Positions 48,492-50,208 of a stretch of 50,208 bases of DNA are shown one piece after another. Source of the stretch: Octopus bimaculoides (Eukaryota); the NCBI RefSeq assembly GCF_001194135.2, contig NC_068994.1, positions 38,706,467-38,756,674 on the forward strand, read 5' to 3'. The position numbers were made by a program, and so were the translations under genes. The first letter of the stretch is position 1. Each line of letters starts with the position of its first letter. The notes below the pieces were generated by a model that was given only the letters and a program-made list of their open reading frames with translations, was not told where the DNA came from and did no database searches.

Positions 48492-49879
48492 TGTGTGTGC
48501 ATATATATGTACTTTTATATATATGAATATTTCCATCCTCTGTGGTTAGTGGTGATATTATTCTTAGTAGTGATTAATAAATACACACTTCTCCACATTG
48601 CTTATAAACATGCACAAACATCTGTATGTATAACTGCCTATATACTTATCTACCTATCTCTTTACCTCAATATATACATACATATGTATGTAATACATAC
48701 ATACATACATACATACATACATACATACATACATGCATATATATGCAGAAGCTGCAAAGACAGACATGCAAGTTGGGCCAAAAGTGATGCACAAAATAAG
48801 TTCAATACTCTCTGGATTTGTCTCAGATATGCTTCAATTTTTCTAAAATTGAATAAAATAAATAAAAATAATGATGAAGACACACATACTTGTCCATGAT
48901 GAACAAAATGAATAATGATAATAACAATAACATAACATGTAAAATGTCAAATGTTTTGGTGCATGACTTTTAGCCCACCTTTCATGTACATACACAAGTA
49001 TTTATGTTTCAATATATGTGTAAACTGTATATATTTCTGTGTGTACAAACTGTATATACTTACTTTTACAGTGAAGAATTTTTTTTTTCCACTCCTAAAC
49101 TATATTGAAATGCAAAGCTGTAGCAGTATAAAATAAAAGCTGAAGATGTTCACTGTGAAGAGACTATTCCAATAGTTATTAAAGCCAAAGCTAAGTGATC
49201 CTCGCAGGAGTAAAATATATAAAATTTCACCAATAACATTACTCAGTGGGAATGCTTTTTCATCAAATCTAAACACCAGAGACATACAGGAACAGAAACT
49301 TTACAAACAACTCAAATCATAGCAAATATTTTGAATGAGGTGAACAATTGTAGCAACTCTATGTTGATGTGTTGCTGGTTTCTTACTAAGACAATGCAAA
49401 TATTTATTCAAATATTCAATTTAACTGATCCTAGATGACTCATAGATATACATATATACATATATATATACACACACACAAATACACACATACACACACA
49501 TATATATATATGGACATATATATATATATGTTTGTATGTATAGACATAGTAATTATTTAGACTTTGGGTAGGCCGATACGTTTTATCTGTCTGCCTCTAA
49601 TATGACAATCTAAGCTGTTTATGTCCATATACAGTGACATCTTTTTAACGGCAGGAGTGGGCGGGGTGTGTGTGTACATCTATCTATGTATCAAGACATG
49701 TATACATTCCTTCTTTATTTTATCTTTTAATTTGTATCCTTTGTCATGTTTTATTCTCTATCTCTAATTACTTTACTTTATGTCATGTATTCACTGTAAA
49801 CTATAGCCAGATTCCTTTGCAAGATATGACCCCAAAATGTTTTCTATCTTCTGTTAGTATAACCAACATCCTATGGATG

Positions 49880-50028
49880 ACCACAACAGTGTTTAACTGG
49901 TACTTATTTTATCAATCCTGAAAGGATGAAAGGTAAAGTCAACCCAGCTGCATTTGAACTCAGAATGTAAAGCTGGAAGAAATGCTGCTAAGCATTTTTG
50001 TCTGGTAGGATAACAATTCTGCCAGCTC

Positions 50029-50030
<2 letters not shown>
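49880..50030 (-). mobile_element. Family C SINE, inverted
   Basis: AACTGGTACTTATTTTATCAATCCTGAAAGGATGAAAGGTAAAGTCAACC..ATTTGAACTCAGAATG..GAAATGCTGCTAAGCATTT..ATTCTGCCAGCTC. Confidence 0.82.
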
Positions 50031-50099
<69 letters not shown>

Positions 50100-50208
50100 T
50101 GATGATGATGATGATGATAATAAAAATAATAATAATGATAATAAAAATAATAATAGGATTTTTGAGCAGGATGGGCTACTCAACCTGAAGAAAATTCTAA
50201 TTGGGCCC

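Noticed and set aside
49130-49185. CTGAAGA-TGTTCACTGTGAA-GAGA-CTATTCCAATAGT hammerhead look-alike
   Set aside because: GAGA instead of GAAA, two unpaired bases before stem II, and no stem I complement.
50170-50208. CCTGAAGAAAATTC at the window edge
   Set aside because: Truncated by the window end, so stems II and III cannot be evaluated. It is more likely the start of another repeat.

Overview
An AT-rich, repeat-saturated eukaryotic window with 10 assembly gaps and very dense (TA)n, (CA)n, (ATT)n and (GAT)n microsatellites. The SINE families and repeat style point to a coleoid cephalopod, most likely Octopus (inference, not checked). No intact protein-coding gene is supported: the long ORFs in the track are artefacts of N runs or simple repeats. 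Explained content: many tRNA-derived SINE copies built from shared modules, RTE-like LINE 3' ends and decayed RT fragments, a 5'-truncated D,D(34)D mariner pseudogene, three Tc1/mariner-type MITEs and a Helentron-type non-autonomous element. The most notable signal is two type I hammerhead ribozyme motifs, each with a long stem II and a minimal stem III and neither linked to a visible ORF. One (25551-25649, +) has an intact catalytic core and a palindromic stem III. The other (32954-33185, -) has a 78-bp near-perfect inverted repeat as stem I, and both non-Watson-Crick positions in that stem are G-U wobbles only on the ribozyme strand. One candidate minus-strand exon and a few candidate cis-regulatory sites are reported at low confidence. 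All structures were folded by eye. SINE and LINE boundaries are approximate.
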